From: a virus
Taxonomy: Duplodnaviria > Heunggongvirae > Uroviricota > Caudoviricetes
DNA: 34,083 nt
Direction: 5' to 3' (one strand)
IMG/VR virus record: IMGVR_UViG_2698536651_000008
Coordinates: 1 to 34,083 of that record
The notes beneath the pieces were generated by a model. The model did no database searches. It was not told the DNA's origin and saw nothing but the letters and a program-made list of their open reading frames with translations. This document shows, piece after piece, positions 8,522 to 18,404 of the stretch (positions within the stretch are counted from its first letter, which is position 1; each line of letters starts with the position of its first letter). Both the position numbers and the translations under genes were made by a program.

Positions 8522-9556
8522 TCAGCCGTTGTCAGTGTCCAGTGAGTAGTTTTTAAAGCGGATGACCTCTTGACCGAGCCAGCCGTTTATTTCCCGAATC
8601 CTGTCCTGTAACGGGATAAGCTCATTGCGGACAAAGACCTTTGCCACTTTCTCAATATCGCCCAGCGACCCGACGTTCTCCGGCTTGCCTCCCATCAACT
8701 GAAAGGGGATGCGGTGCGCGTCCAGCAGGTCAGCGGCGCTGGCTTTTTTGATATTAAAAAAATCGTCCTTCGTTGCGACTTCACTGAGCGGGATAATTTT
8801 AATGCCGTCGGCTTTCCCCTGTGGGGCATAGAGAAACAGATTTTTAAAGTTGTTGCGGCCTTTCGACTTCACCATGTTTTCGCGGAGCATTTCGATATCG
8901 TTGCGATCCTGCACGGCATCAGTGACGTACATGATGTATCCGGCATGTGCGCCGTTTTCGTAATACTTGCGGCGGAACAACGTGGCCGACTCATTCAGCC
9001 AGGCAGAGTTAAGGGCGCTGAGATATTCCGGCAGGCCGTACAGCTCCTGATTAATATCCGGCTCCAGCAGGTGAAACACGGAGCCTGGCGTGAAAGGTGT
9101 CGGCTCGTTGAAGGACGGCACCCACCAGTAAACATCCTCTGCCACACCACGGCGGGTATATTTTGCCGGTGAGGTTTCCAGTCTGATGACCTTACCGGTG
9201 GTGCTGTATCGCTTTTCCAGAAACGCATTACCGAACACCAGAAAATCCAGCACAAAGCGGCTGAAATCCTGCTGGGAAAGCCACGGATGCGGGATAAATG
9301 TTGAGGCCAGAATATTACGTTTGACGTAAATCGGTGAGCTGTGATGCACGGCAGCACGCAGGCTTTTTGCCAGACCGGTAAAGCTGACCGGTGGTTCATA
9401 CCATCTGCCGTTACTGATGCACTCGACGTAATCCAGAATGTCACGGCGGTCGAGTACCGGTACCGGCTCGCCAAAGGTGAATGCTTCCATTTTCGGGGCG
9501 CTGGCGGTGATTGTTTTTGCCGCAGGTCGCGGTGTTTTCCCTTTTTTCTTGCTCAT
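8522..9556 (-). CDS. Q: Portal protein Q (344 aa)
   Basis: 344-aa ORF MSKKKGKTPRPAAKTITASAPKMEAFTFGEP... with P2 Q length and position; its start overlaps the P stop. Confidence 0.9.
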   Translation of the reverse strand: MSKKKGKTPRPAAKTITASAPKMEAFTFGEPVPVLDRRDILDYVECISNGRWYEPPVSFTGLAKSLRAAVHHSSPIYVKRNILASTFIPHPWLSQQDFSRFVLDFLVFGNAFLEKRYSTTGKVIRLETSPAKYTRRGVAEDVYWWVPSFNEPTPFTPGSVFHLLEPDINQELYGLPEYLSALNSAWLNESATLFRRKYYENGAHAGYIMYVTDAVQDRNDIEMLRENMVKSKGRNNFKNLFLYAPQGKADGIKIIPLSEVATKDDFFNIKKASAADLLDAHRIPFQLMGGKPENVGSLGDIEKVAKVFVRNELIPLQDRIREINGWLGQEVIRFKNYSLDTDNG

Positions 9557-11328
9557 CAGTAAAACTCCAGAATGGTGGATGTCAGCGGGGTGCTGATACC
9601 GGCGGTGAGTGGCTCATTTAACAGGGCGTGCATGGTCGCCCAGGCGAGGTCGGCGTGGCTGGCTTCCTCGCTGCGGCTGGCCTCATACGTGGCGCTGCGT
9701 CCGCTGCTGGTCATGGTCTTGCGGATAGCCATAAACGAGCTGGTGATGTCGGTGGCGCTGACGTCATATTCCAGACAGCCACGGCGGATGACGTCTTTTG
9801 CCTTGAGCACCATTGCGGTTTTCATTTCCGGCGTGTAGCGGATGTCGCGCGCGGCGGGATAGAACGAGCGCACGAGCTGGAACACGCCGACACCGAGGCC
9901 GGTGGCATCAATTCCGATGTATTCGACGTTGTATTTTTCGGTGAGTTTGCGGATGGATTCCGCCTGGGTGGCAAAGTCCATGCCTTTCCACTGGTGACGC
10001 TCAAGTATTCTGAATTTGCCACCGGCCACCACCGGCGGTGCCAGTACCACGCATCCGGCGCTGTCGCCACGGTGTGACGGGTCGTAACCAATCCATACCG
10101 GACGTGAGCCGAACGGATTTGCGGCAAACGGCGCATAGTCTTCCCATTCTTCCAGCGTGTCGACCATGCAGCGTTGCAGCTCCTCGAACGGGAACACCGA
10201 CGCCTTGTCGTCAACAAATTCACACATGAACAGGTTTTTAAAATCGTCGGCGCTGTTTTCACGTTTGAGCTGCTCAATGTCGAACAGTGTGCAGCCGCCT
10301 TTCAGGGCGTCCTCAATGGTGACAATCTGCCGCCACTGGCCGTCCGCACAGAGAAGACCACCGGCAAGGGCGTTATGACTGACGTCGATTTCCACACGTT
10401 CGGCGGCGCTGGCGCGTCCCCGGTTGAACAGTTCACCTGACCAGAACGGGTAGGCGTCGTGCGCCAGCGTGGACGGGGTGGAGAAATAGGTCGAGCGCAG
10501 GTGACTCTGTGAGGCCATACCTGATGCCACCTTACGCAGTACCTGAAAATTCGGGATCCAGAAAATCTCGTCGACGTACAGGTCGCCGTTATGGCTCTGT
10601 GCGGTGTTGGAGTTGGTGCCGAGAAAAATCAGTTTTGCGCCGTTATTGCCCAGGACAATCGGGTCACCGGTCAGGTCAACGTCAACCAGCCGGGCAAAGG
10701 CGATGATGTATTCGCGGAACACATACGCCTGCGTTTTACTGGCTGACAGAAAAATCTGGTTATGACCGGTTTTCAGGGCGCGCAGCAGCGCCTCGCGGGA
10801 AAAATAAAACGTTGCGCCAATCTGGCGGGATTTCAGGATATCGCGGATGCGGTGCTCAAGCCCGGCGCGATACCAGTGCAACTGGTAGTCGAAAGACTGC
10901 TCAAAGAAAATCTGCTCCAGCTTTTCGATGGCCTCGTCACTGAAAAAATTCTTTTTCGGTTTGCGACGCCCGCCTTTGTTGCGGTTAGCGACGTTCGGAT
11001 TAAGGTCTGCCTCGTTGCCGGTCTGACTGTAACGGTTGACCCGTGCCAGTCGTTCAATCTGGCGTCCCAGCAGGTCAATTTCCTTGAAATCACCGCCGGT
11101 TTTCTGCGGTTTGATGATGAGCTGGGTCAGCCGCGCTTCCAGACTCATTTCGACACGGCTGATGGGGGCAACGCTGTCCCAGCCGTCGCGCTGTTTCCAG
11201 CTCTGCACCGTCGGGCGTTTCATCTGCAACATGGCGGCAATCTGCGGCACGGAAAATCCCTGCCAGTACAGCAGCGCCGCCTGACGACGCGGGTCGTGTA
11301 AAAGAGTGGTGTCTGTGGTGATGGTCAT
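9556..11328 (-). CDS. P: Terminase large (ATPase) subunit P
   Basis: Start set at MTITTDTTLLHDPRRQAALLYWQGF... (590 aa) rather than the longer ORF-track start; large terminase-like protein upstream of the portal gene as in P2. Confidence 0.9.
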   Translation of the reverse strand: MTITTDTTLLHDPRRQAALLYWQGFSVPQIAAMLQMKRPTVQSWKQRDGWDSVAPISRVEMSLEARLTQLIIKPQKTGGDFKEIDLLGRQIERLARVNRYSQTGNEADLNPNVANRNKGGRRKPKKNFFSDEAIEKLEQIFFEQSFDYQLHWYRAGLEHRIRDILKSRQIGATFYFSREALLRALKTGHNQIFLSASKTQAYVFREYIIAFARLVDVDLTGDPIVLGNNGAKLIFLGTNSNTAQSHNGDLYVDEIFWIPNFQVLRKVASGMASQSHLRSTYFSTPSTLAHDAYPFWSGELFNRGRASAAERVEIDVSHNALAGGLLCADGQWRQIVTIEDALKGGCTLFDIEQLKRENSADDFKNLFMCEFVDDKASVFPFEELQRCMVDTLEEWEDYAPFAANPFGSRPVWIGYDPSHRGDSAGCVVLAPPVVAGGKFRILERHQWKGMDFATQAESIRKLTEKYNVEYIGIDATGLGVGVFQLVRSFYPAARDIRYTPEMKTAMVLKAKDVIRRGCLEYDVSATDITSSFMAIRKTMTSSGRSATYEASRSEEASHADLAWATMHALLNEPLTAGISTPLTSTILEFY

Positions 11329-11501
11329 GAATACCTCGCCGTGATGAATACACGGCAAGGCTACTGAGTCGCGCCCTGCGATTCGCTAAGGTGCTGTTGT
11401 GTCAGTGATAAGCCATCCGGGACTGATGGCGGAGGATGCGCATCGTCGGGAAACTGATGCCGACATGTGACTCCTCTAATCACTATTCAGGACTCCTGAC
11501 A
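11329..11501. promoter_or_regulatory. Divergent late promoter region between P and O (expected Ogr-dependent promoters)
   Basis: Position only: in P2 the divergent late promoters lie here. I could not confidently place the TGT-N12-ACA activator element by eye. Confidence 0.35.
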
Positions 11502-12356
11502 ATGGCAAAAAAAGTCTCAAAATTCTTTCGTATCGGCGTTGAGGGTGACACCTGTGACGGGCGTGTCATCAGTGCGCAGGATATTCAGGAAATGGCCGAA
11601 ACCTTTGACCCGCGTGTCTATGGTTGCCGCATTAACCTGGAACATCTGCGCGGCATCCTGCCTGACGGTATTTTTAAGCGTTATGGCGATGTGGCCGAAC
11701 TGAAGGCCGAAAAGATTGACGATGATTCGGCGCTGAAAGGCAAATGGGCGCTGTTTGCGAAAATCACCCCGACCGATGACCTTATCGCGATGAACAAGGC
11801 TGCGCAGAAGGTCTACACCTCAATGGAAATTCAGCCGAACTTTGCCAACACCGGCAAATGTTATCTGGTGGGTCTGGCCGTCACCGATGACCCGGCAAGC
11901 CTTGGCACGGAATACCTGGAATTCTGCCGCACGGCAAAACACAACCCTCTGAACCGCTTCAAATTAAGCCCTGAAAACCTGATTTCAGTGGCAACGCCTG
12001 TTGAGCTGGAATTTGAAGACCTGCCTGAAACCGTGTTCACCGCCCTGACCGAAAAGGTGAAATCCATTTTTGGCCGCAAACAGGCCAGCGATGACGCCCG
12101 TCTGAATGACGTGCATGAAGCGGTGACCGCTGTTGCTGAACATGTGCAGGAAAAGCTGAGCGCCACTGAGCAGCGACTCGCTGAGATGGAAACCGCCTTT
12201 TCCGCACTTAAGCAGGAGGTGACTGACAGGGCGGATGAAACCAGCCAGGCATTCAGCCGCCTGAAAAACAGTCTCGACCACACCGAAAGTCTGACCCAGC
12301 AGCGCCGCAGCAAGGCCACCGGCGGTGGCGGTGACGCCCTGATGACGAACTGCTGA
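11502..12356 (+). CDS. O: Capsid scaffolding protein O (284 aa)
   Basis: Start at MAKKVSKFFRIGVEGDTCDG...; length and position match P2 O. Confidence 0.85.
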   Translation: MAKKVSKFFRIGVEGDTCDGRVISAQDIQEMAETFDPRVYGCRINLEHLRGILPDGIFKRYGDVAELKAEKIDDDSALKGKWALFAKITPTDDLIAMNKAAQKVYTSMEIQPNFANTGKCYLVGLAVTDDPASLGTEYLEFCRTAKHNPLNRFKLSPENLISVATPVELEFEDLPETVFTALTEKVKSIFGRKQASDDARLNDVHEAVTAVAEHVQEKLSATEQRLAEMETAFSALKQEVTDRADETSQAFSRLKNSLDHTESLTQQRRSKATGGGGDALMTNC

Positions 12357-12414
12357 CCGGCGTCAGCCAGTCCGGGAAAACCTTCACGATTAACCCTTAA
12401 TTTCAGGAAAAACT

Positions 12415-13488
12415 ATGCGCCAGGAAACCCGCTTTAAATTTAATGCCTACCTGTCCCGTGTTGCCGAACTGAACGGCATCGACGCCGGTGATGTGTCGAA
12501 AAAATTCACCGTTGAACCGTCGGTCACCCAGACCCTGATGAACACCATGCAGGAGTCCTCTGACTTTCTGACCCGCATCAACATTGTGCCGGTCAGCGAA
12601 ATGAAAGGGGAAAAAATTGGTATTGGTGTCACCGGCTCCATCGCCAGCACCACAGACACCGCCGGTGGCACCGAGCGTCAGCCGAAGGACTTCTCGAAGC
12701 TGGCGTCAAACAAGTACGAATGCGACCAGATTAACTTCGATTTTTATATCCGCTACAAAACGCTTGACCTGTGGGCGCGTTATCAGGATTTCCAGCTCCG
12801 TGTCCGTAACGCCATTATCAAACGCCAGTCCCTTGATTTAATCATGGCCGGTTTTAACGGCGTGAGGCGTGCCGAAACCTCTGACCGCAGCAGTAACCAG
12901 ATGCTGCAGGATGTGGCGGTCGGCTGGCTGCAGAAATACCGCAATGAAGCCCCGGCGCGCGTGATGAGCAAGGTTACTGACGAGGAAGGTCACACGACCT
13001 CTGAGGTCATCCGCGTGGGTAAGGGCGGTGATTATGCCAGCCTCGATGCACTGGTGATGGATGCGACCAACAACCTGATTGAGCCGTGGTATCAGGAAGA
13101 CCCTGACCTTGTGGTGATTGTGGGGCGTCAGCTACTGGCGGACAAGTATTTCCCCATCGTCAACAAGGAGCAGGACAACAGCGAGATGCTGGCCGCTGAT
13201 GTCATCATCAGCCAGAAACGCATCGGTAACCTGCCGGCGGTACGCGTCCCGTACTTCCCGGCGGATGCGATGCTCATCACGAAGCTGGAAAACCTGTCCA
13301 TCTACTACATGGATGACAGCCATCGCCGCGTGATTGTGGAAAACCCGAAACTAGACCGCGTGGAGAACTACGAGTCAATGAACATTGATTACGTGGTGGA
13401 AGACTACGCCGCCGGTTGTCTGGTGGAAAAAATTAAGGTCGGTGACTTCTCCACACCGACTAAAGTGACCGCAGAGCCGGGAGCGTAA
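12415..13488 (+). CDS. N: Major capsid protein N (357 aa)
   Basis: 357-aa ORF following the scaffold gene, with SD; matches P2 N length. Confidence 0.9.
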   Translation: MRQETRFKFNAYLSRVAELNGIDAGDVSKKFTVEPSVTQTLMNTMQESSDFLTRINIVPVSEMKGEKIGIGVTGSIASTTDTAGGTERQPKDFSKLASNKYECDQINFDFYIRYKTLDLWARYQDFQLRVRNAIIKRQSLDLIMAGFNGVRRAETSDRSSNQMLQDVAVGWLQKYRNEAPARVMSKVTDEEGHTTSEVIRVGKGGDYASLDALVMDATNNLIEPWYQEDPDLVVIVGRQLLADKYFPIVNKEQDNSEMLAADVIISQKRIGNLPAVRVPYFPADAMLITKLENLSIYYMDDSHRRVIVENPKLDRVENYESMNIDYVVEDYAAGCLVEKIKVGDFSTPTKVTAEPGA

Positions 13489-13491
13489 CCG

Positions 13492-14235
13492 ATGACGAGT
13501 CCCGCACAGCGCCACATGATGCGGGTCTCGGCAGCGATGACCGCGCAGCGGGACGCCGCCCCGCTGCGACATGCAACTGTCTATGAGCAGATGCTGGTCA
13601 AGCTGGCCGCAGACCAGCGCACACTGAAAGCGATTTATTCAAAAGAGCTGAAGGCCGCGAAAAAACGCGAACTGCTGCCGTTCTGGTTGCCGTGGGTGAA
13701 CGGTGTGCTGGAGCAGGGCAAAGGTGCACAGGATGACATTCTGATGACGGTCATGCTGTGGCGTCTGGATACCGGCGATATTGCCGGTGCGCTGGAGATT
13801 GCCCGTTATGCCCTGAAGTACGGTCTGACCATGCCGGGTAAACACCGCCGCACCCCGCCGTACATGTTCACCGAGGAGGTGGCGCTCGCGGCCATGCGCG
13901 CCCACGCTGCCGGTGAGTCTGTGGATACCCGCCTGCTGACGGAGACCCTTGCACTGACCGCCACGGCAGACATGCCTGATGAAGTGCGCGCAAAGCTGCA
14001 CAAAATCACCGGTCTGTTTCTGCGTGACGCTGGTGATGCCGCCGGTGCACTGGCTCACCTGCAACGTGCGACACAGCTCGACTGTCAGGCAGGCGTCAAA
14101 AAAGAGATTGAACGACTGGAGCGGGAGCTGAAACCGAAGCCGGAGCCGCAGCCCAAAGCGGCCACCAGTGCCACGCGTAAGACCCGGAGTGCGACACCGG
14201 CAAAACGTGGACGCCCGAAAAAGAAAGCCAGTTAA
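13492..14235 (+). CDS. M: Terminase small (endonuclease) subunit M (247 aa)
   Basis: 247-aa ORF with a basic lysine-rich C-terminus; position and length match P2 M. Confidence 0.85.
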   Translation: MTSPAQRHMMRVSAAMTAQRDAAPLRHATVYEQMLVKLAADQRTLKAIYSKELKAAKKRELLPFWLPWVNGVLEQGKGAQDDILMTVMLWRLDTGDIAGALEIARYALKYGLTMPGKHRRTPPYMFTEEVALAAMRAHAAGESVDTRLLTETLALTATADMPDEVRAKLHKITGLFLRDAGDAAGALAHLQRATQLDCQAGVKKEIERLERELKPKPEPQPKAATSATRKTRSATPAKRGRPKKKAS

Positions 14236-14334
14236 CAACCGAATGCGCCCCGCGCCAGGGCGGCACGCCGGTCTGTGAGGGTGAATCACCTGACACTGTA
14301 CCGGCGTCCACCGCCCGACTTTTCAGAGGTAGTC

Positions 14335-14844
14335 ATGATGACGCTGATTATTCCGCGAAAGGAGGCTCCCGTGTCTGGTGAGGGTACGGTGGTCATCCCG
14401 CAACCGGCAGGCGACGAGCCGGTGATTAAAAACACGTTCTTTTTTCCCGATATCGACCCGAAGCGCGTCCGGGAACGTATGCGCCTTGAGCAGACCGTCG
14501 CCCCCGCCCGTCTGCGTGAGGCCATCAAGTCAGGCATGGCTGAAACGAATGCGGAGCTGTACGAGTACCGCGAACAGAAAATTGCTGCCGGTTTTACGCG
14601 TCTGGCGGACGTTCCGGCGGACGACATCGACGGTGAAAGCATCAAGGTTTTTTACTACGAGCGCGCCGTGTGCGCGATGGCGACCGCGTCGCTTTATGAG
14701 CGTTATCGCGGCGTGGATGCCAGTGCGAAAGGCGACAAGAAGGCTGACAGTATTGACAGCACCATTGATGAACTGTGGCGGGATATGCGCTGGGCGGTGG
14801 CGCGTATCCAGGACAAGCCGCGCTGCATCGTGAGTCAAATCTGA
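14335..14844 (+). CDS. L: Head completion/stabilisation protein L (169 aa)
   Basis: Start set at MMTLIIPRKEAP... with SD GAGGTAG; length matches P2 L. Confidence 0.8.
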   Translation: MMTLIIPRKEAPVSGEGTVVIPQPAGDEPVIKNTFFFPDIDPKRVRERMRLEQTVAPARLREAIKSGMAETNAELYEYREQKIAAGFTRLADVPADDIDGESIKVFYYERAVCAMATASLYERYRGVDASAKGDKKADSIDSTIDELWRDMRWAVARIQDKPRCIVSQI

Positions 14845-15047
14845 TGAAGACCTTTGCGCTACAGGGCGACACGCTCGACGCCATTTGTGTCCGGTATTAC
14901 GGGCGCACTGAGGGCGTGGTTGAGACCGTGCTCGCCGCAAATCCGGGACTGGCTGAACTGGGTGCGGTGCTGCCACACGGCACCGCCGTCGAACTGCCCG
15001 ACGTTCAGACCGCGCCCGTGGCTGAAACTGTCAATCTTTGGGAGTAA
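14844..15047 (+). CDS. X: Tail protein X (67 aa)
   Basis: MKTFALQGDTLDAICVRYYGRTEG...; start overlaps the L stop (ATGA); length matches P2 X. Confidence 0.75.
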   Translation: MKTFALQGDTLDAICVRYYGRTEGVVETVLAANPGLAELGAVLPHGTAVELPDVQTAPVAETVNLWE

Positions 15048-15050
15048 CGC

Positions 15051-15332
15051 ATGACAGCAGAAGAAAAAAGCGTCCTGTCGCTTTTCATGATTGGGGTGCT
15101 GATTGTTGTCGGCAAGGTGCTTGCCGGTGGTGAACCCATCACCCCGCGTCTGTTTATTGGGCGCATGTTGCTCGGTGGTTTTGTCTCGATGGTTGCCGGT
15201 GTTGTTCTGGTGCAGTTTCCTGACCTGTCACTGCCTGCGGTGTGCGGCATCGGCTCCATGCTGGGTATCGCCGGTTATCAGGTGATTGAGATTGCCATTC
15301 AGCGCCGCTTTAAGGGCAGGGGGAAACCGTAA
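15051..15332 (+). CDS. Y: Holin Y (93 aa)
   Basis: 93-aa protein with hydrophobic transmembrane stretches and a charged C-terminus, immediately upstream of the endolysin. Confidence 0.8.
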   Translation: MTAEEKSVLSLFMIGVLIVVGKVLAGGEPITPRLFIGRMLLGGFVSMVAGVVLVQFPDLSLPAVCGIGSMLGIAGYQVIEIAIQRRFKGRGKP

Positions 15333-15829
15333 TGCCGGTAATTAACACGCATCAGAATATCGCCGCCTTTCTCGACATGCTGGCCGTGTCCGAAGGGACG
15401 GCGAATCACCCGCTGACGAAAAACCGGGGCTATGACGTGATAGTCACCGGACTGGACGGAAAGCCGGAAATATTCACCGACTACAGTGACCACCCGTTCG
15501 CGCATGGCCGACCGGCGAAGGTGTTTAACCGTCGCGGTGAAAAATCCACGGCTTCCGGTCGCTATCAGCAGCTTTACCTGTTCTGGCCGCATTACCGCAA
15601 ACAGCTTGCCCTGCCGGATTTCAGTCCGTTGTCGCAGGACAGGCTCGCCATTCAGTTGATCCGCGAACGCGGTGCACTGGATGACATCCGGGCGGGACGC
15701 ATTGAGCGCGCCATTTCACGCTGTCGCAATATCTGGGCGTCCCTGCCGGGTGCCGGTTACGGTCAGCGTGAGCATTCACTGGAAAAACTGGTCACCGTCT
15801 GGCGTAGCGCCGGCGGTGTACCGGCTTAA
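15332..15829 (+). CDS. K: Endolysin K (lysozyme-like, 165 aa)
   Basis: 165-aa ORF MPVINTHQNIAAFLDMLAVSEGT... in the P2 K position within the lysis cassette. Confidence 0.85.
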   Translation: MPVINTHQNIAAFLDMLAVSEGTANHPLTKNRGYDVIVTGLDGKPEIFTDYSDHPFAHGRPAKVFNRRGEKSTASGRYQQLYLFWPHYRKQLALPDFSPLSQDRLAIQLIRERGALDDIRAGRIERAISRCRNIWASLPGAGYGQREHSLEKLVTVWRSAGGVPA

Positions 15830-15843
15830 ACGGAGTAAACACC

Positions 15844-16269
15844 ATGAAGAAATTATCCCTTTCACTGATGCTGAATGTGTCGCTGGCGCTGATGCTGGCA
15901 CTGTCCCTGATTTACCCGCAGAGCGTGGCCGTCAGTTTTGTCGCCGCCTGGGCGATTCTGACGACGGTTATCTGTGTGGTTGCCGGTGGTGTCGGCGTGT
16001 ATGCCACAGAGTATGTACTGGAACGCTACGGGCGGGAGCTGCCGCCGGAATCGCTGGCCGTGAAGATTGTCGCGTCGCTGTTTTTGCAGCCGGTGCCGTG
16101 GCGCAGACGGGCGGCGGCTCTGGTAGTGATGGTGGCGACGTTTATCTCGCTGGTCGCTGCCGGGTGGATTTTTACCGCGCTGATTTATCTCGTGGCGTCA
16201 CTGTTTTTCCGGCTGATACGTACGGCCTGCCGTCAGCGTTTTGAGGGGCGGGAACCATGTCAAAACTGA
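15844..16269 (+). CDS. lysA: LysA lysis-timing membrane protein (141 aa)
   Basis: Highly hydrophobic multi-transmembrane ORF following K, as P2 lysA. Confidence 0.7.
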   Translation: MKKLSLSLMLNVSLALMLALSLIYPQSVAVSFVAAWAILTTVICVVAGGVGVYATEYVLERYGRELPPESLAVKIVASLFLQPVPWRRRAAALVVMVATFISLVAAGWIFTALIYLVASLFFRLIRTACRQRFEGREPCQN

Positions 16270-16682
16270 TGATTGTGCTGGTTGTGTTGTTATCACTGGC
16301 GGTGGCGGGGCTGTTTCTGGCGAAGCATGAAAACGCCAGCCTGCGCGCCTCGCTGGACAGGGTGAACAACGTCGCCAGTGAACAGCAGGTGACCATCACC
16401 ATGCTGAAAAATCAGCTTCATGTTGCCCTCACCAGAGCAGACAAAAACGAGCTGGCGCAGGTGGTACTGCGTCAGGAACTGGAGAACGCCGCGAAGCGTG
16501 AAGCACAGCGCGAGAAAACCATCACGAGGTTACTTAATGAAAACGAGGATTTTCGCCGCTGGTACGGTGCTGACCTGCCTGATGCTGTGCGCCGGTTGCA
16601 CCAGCGCCCCGCCTGCACTGACGCCAGTGATTGTCCACAACGCCTGCCCGAAAGTGAGCCTTTGCCCGATGCCGGGCAGTGA
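16257..16682 (+). CDS. lysB: LysB, Rz-like inner-membrane spanin (141 aa)
   Basis: N-terminal transmembrane helix followed by charged coiled-coil-like sequence; position as P2 lysB. Confidence 0.7.
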   Translation: MSKLMIVLVVLLSLAVAGLFLAKHENASLRASLDRVNNVASEQQVTITMLKNQLHVALTRADKNELAQVVLRQELENAAKREAQREKTITRLLNENEDFRRWYGADLPDAVRRLHQRPACTDASDCPQRLPESEPLPDAGQ

Positions 16683-16827
16683 CCCGCAGAAGAACGGCGA
16701 TTTAAGTGCCGATATCCGGCAGCTTGAGAACGCGCTGGCACGCTGTGCCAGCCAGGTAAAAATGATTAAACACTGTCAGGATGAAAACGATGCTCAAACC
16801 CGACAGCCTGCGCAGAGCGCTGACTGA
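16537..16827 (+). CDS. lysC: LysC, Rz1-like outer-membrane lipoprotein spanin, in +1 frame overlapping the lysB 3' end (96 aa)
   Basis: MKTRIFAAGTVLTCLMLCAGC: signal peptide with lipobox (LCAGC), proline-rich mature part; overlapping-gene architecture typical of spanin pairs. Confidence 0.6.
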   Translation: MKTRIFAAGTVLTCLMLCAGCTSAPPALTPVIVHNACPKVSLCPMPGSDPQKNGDLSADIRQLENALARCASQVKMIKHCQDENDAQTRQPAQSAD

Positions 16828-17257
16828 TGCCGTCACGGTGCTGAAAACCAGTCCCGAGATGCTGCGGATATTCATGGATAACGGGAGTATTGCCTCCACA
16901 CTGGCGACGTCGCTGTCATTTGAAAAGCGTTACACGCTCAATGTCATTGTGACCGACTTTACCGGTGATTTTGACCTGCTCATCGTGCCGGTGCTGGCGT
17001 GGCTGCGGGAAAATCAGCCCGACATCATGACCACCGACGAAGGCCAGAAAAAGGGCTTCACGTTTTATGCAGACATCAACAATGACAGCAGCTTTGATAT
17101 CAGCATCAGCCTGATGCTGACCGAGCGCACGCTGGTCAGTGAGGTGGACGGCGCGCTGCATGTGAAGAATATCCCGGAACCTCTGCCGCCGGAGCCGGTC
17201 ACCCGCCCGATGGAGCTTTATATCAATGGCGAACTGGTGAGTAAGTGGGATGAATGA
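16790..17257 (+). CDS. R: Tail completion protein R (155 aa)
   Basis: Start at MLKPDSLRRALTD...; length and position match P2 R. Confidence 0.75.
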   Translation: MLKPDSLRRALTDAVTVLKTSPEMLRIFMDNGSIASTLATSLSFEKRYTLNVIVTDFTGDFDLLIVPVLAWLRENQPDIMTTDEGQKKGFTFYADINNDSSFDISISLMLTERTLVSEVDGALHVKNIPEPLPPEPVTRPMELYINGELVSKWDE

Positions 17258-17702
17258 GTTTAAGCGTTTTGAAGACAGGCTGACCGGACTGATTGAGTCG
17301 CTGTCACCGTCAGGGCGTCGGCGACTGAGCGCCGAACTGGCGAAGCGCCTGCGGCAGAGTCAGCAGCGTCGGGTGATGGCACAGAAAGCCCCGGACGGCA
17401 CACCCTACGCGCCACGCCAGCAGCAGAGCGCCAGAAAAAAGACCGGTCGTGTTAAGCGAAAAATGTTTGCGAAACTTATCACCAGTCGCTTTTTGCATAT
17501 CCGCGCCAGCCCGGAACAGGCATCAATGGAATTTTACGGCGGGAAGTCACCGAAAATCGCCAGCGTGCATCAGTTCGGCCTGTCGGAAGAAACCCGGAAA
17601 GACGGTAAGAAAATTGATTATCCGGCGCGTCCTCTGCTCGGCTTTACCGGTGAGGATGTGCAGATGATTGAAGAGATTATCCTGGCTCACCTCGACCGTT
17701 AG
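17250..17702 (+). CDS. S: Tail completion protein S (150 aa)
   Basis: 150-aa ORF overlapping the R stop; matches P2 S length and order. Confidence 0.75.
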   Translation: MNEFKRFEDRLTGLIESLSPSGRRRLSAELAKRLRQSQQRRVMAQKAPDGTPYAPRQQQSARKKTGRVKRKMFAKLITSRFLHIRASPEQASMEFYGGKSPKIASVHQFGLSEETRKDGKKIDYPARPLLGFTGEDVQMIEEIILAHLDR

Positions 17703-17768
17703 TTGTGCCATTCCTGACACCTCATCGTCACATTGCCGCCGGTATGACCCGGCGGCATCCTTCCCGTT

Positions 17769-18404
17769 ATGAACACTCTCGCAAATATTCAGGAACTCGC
17801 GCGCGCACTGCGCAACATGATCCGCACCGGCCTTGTCGTCGAAACCGACCTTAACGCCGGTCGCTGCCGTGTGCAGACCGGCGGCATGTGCACTGACTGG
17901 CTTCAGTGGCTGACCCATCGTGCCGGTCGTTCGCGCACATGGTGGGCACCTTCCGTGGGGGAGCAGGTGCTGATTCTGGCCGTGGGCGGTGAACTCGACA
18001 CGGCGTTCGTTCTGCCGGGGATTTATTCCGGCGATAACCCCGCGCCGTCTGCGTCGGCGGATGCCCTGCATATCCGTTTCCCTGACGGGGCGGTGATTGA
18101 ATATGAACCTGAAACCAGTGCACTCACGGTAAGCGGAATTAAAACGGCCAGCGTGACGGCTTCTGATTCTGTTACTGCCACGGTGCCGGTGGTCATGGTG
18201 AAAGCATCAACCCGCGTCACCCTGGACACACCGGAGGTGGTCTGCACCAACAGGCTGATTACCGGCACGCTGGAAGTGCAGAAGGGCGGGACGATGCGCG
18301 GCAACATTGAACACACCGGCGGTGAACTCTCATCAAACGGTAAGGTACTGCATACCCATAAACACCCCGGCGACAGCGGCGGCACAACCGGGAGCCCTCT
18401 ATGA
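17769..18404 (+). CDS. V: Baseplate spike protein V (211 aa)
   Basis: 211-aa ORF; matches P2 V length and order. Confidence 0.85.
   Translation: MNTLANIQELARALRNMIRTGLVVETDLNAGRCRVQTGGMCTDWLQWLTHRAGRSRTWWAPSVGEQVLILAVGGELDTAFVLPGIYSGDNPAPSASADALHIRFPDGAVIEYEPETSALTVSGIKTASVTASDSVTATVPVVMVKASTRVTLDTPEVVCTNRLITGTLEVQKGGTMRGNIEHTGGELSSNGKVLHTHKHPGDSGGTTGSPL

Noticed and set aside
8714-11353. Multiple overlapping ORFs on both strands within Q and P (e.g. 8714-9172, 8995-9474, 9628-10077, 10762-11301)
   Set aside because: All lie inside or antisense to the confidently identified portal and terminase genes, which is typical of GC-rich coding sequence; no independent support.
11329-11501. Specific Ogr-binding TGT-N12-ACA element for the late promoters
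   Set aside because: The only TGT-N12-CAC-like string (about 11466-11483) is too close to the O start codon to be a -55 activator site; I could not place a convincing element by eye, so only the region is reported.
13639-14289. 216-aa minus-strand ORF antisense to terminase small subunit M
   Set aside because: Antisense to a well-supported gene in a contiguous same-strand late operon; translation is Arg/Gly/Cys-rich nonsense typical of GC-rich antisense frames.
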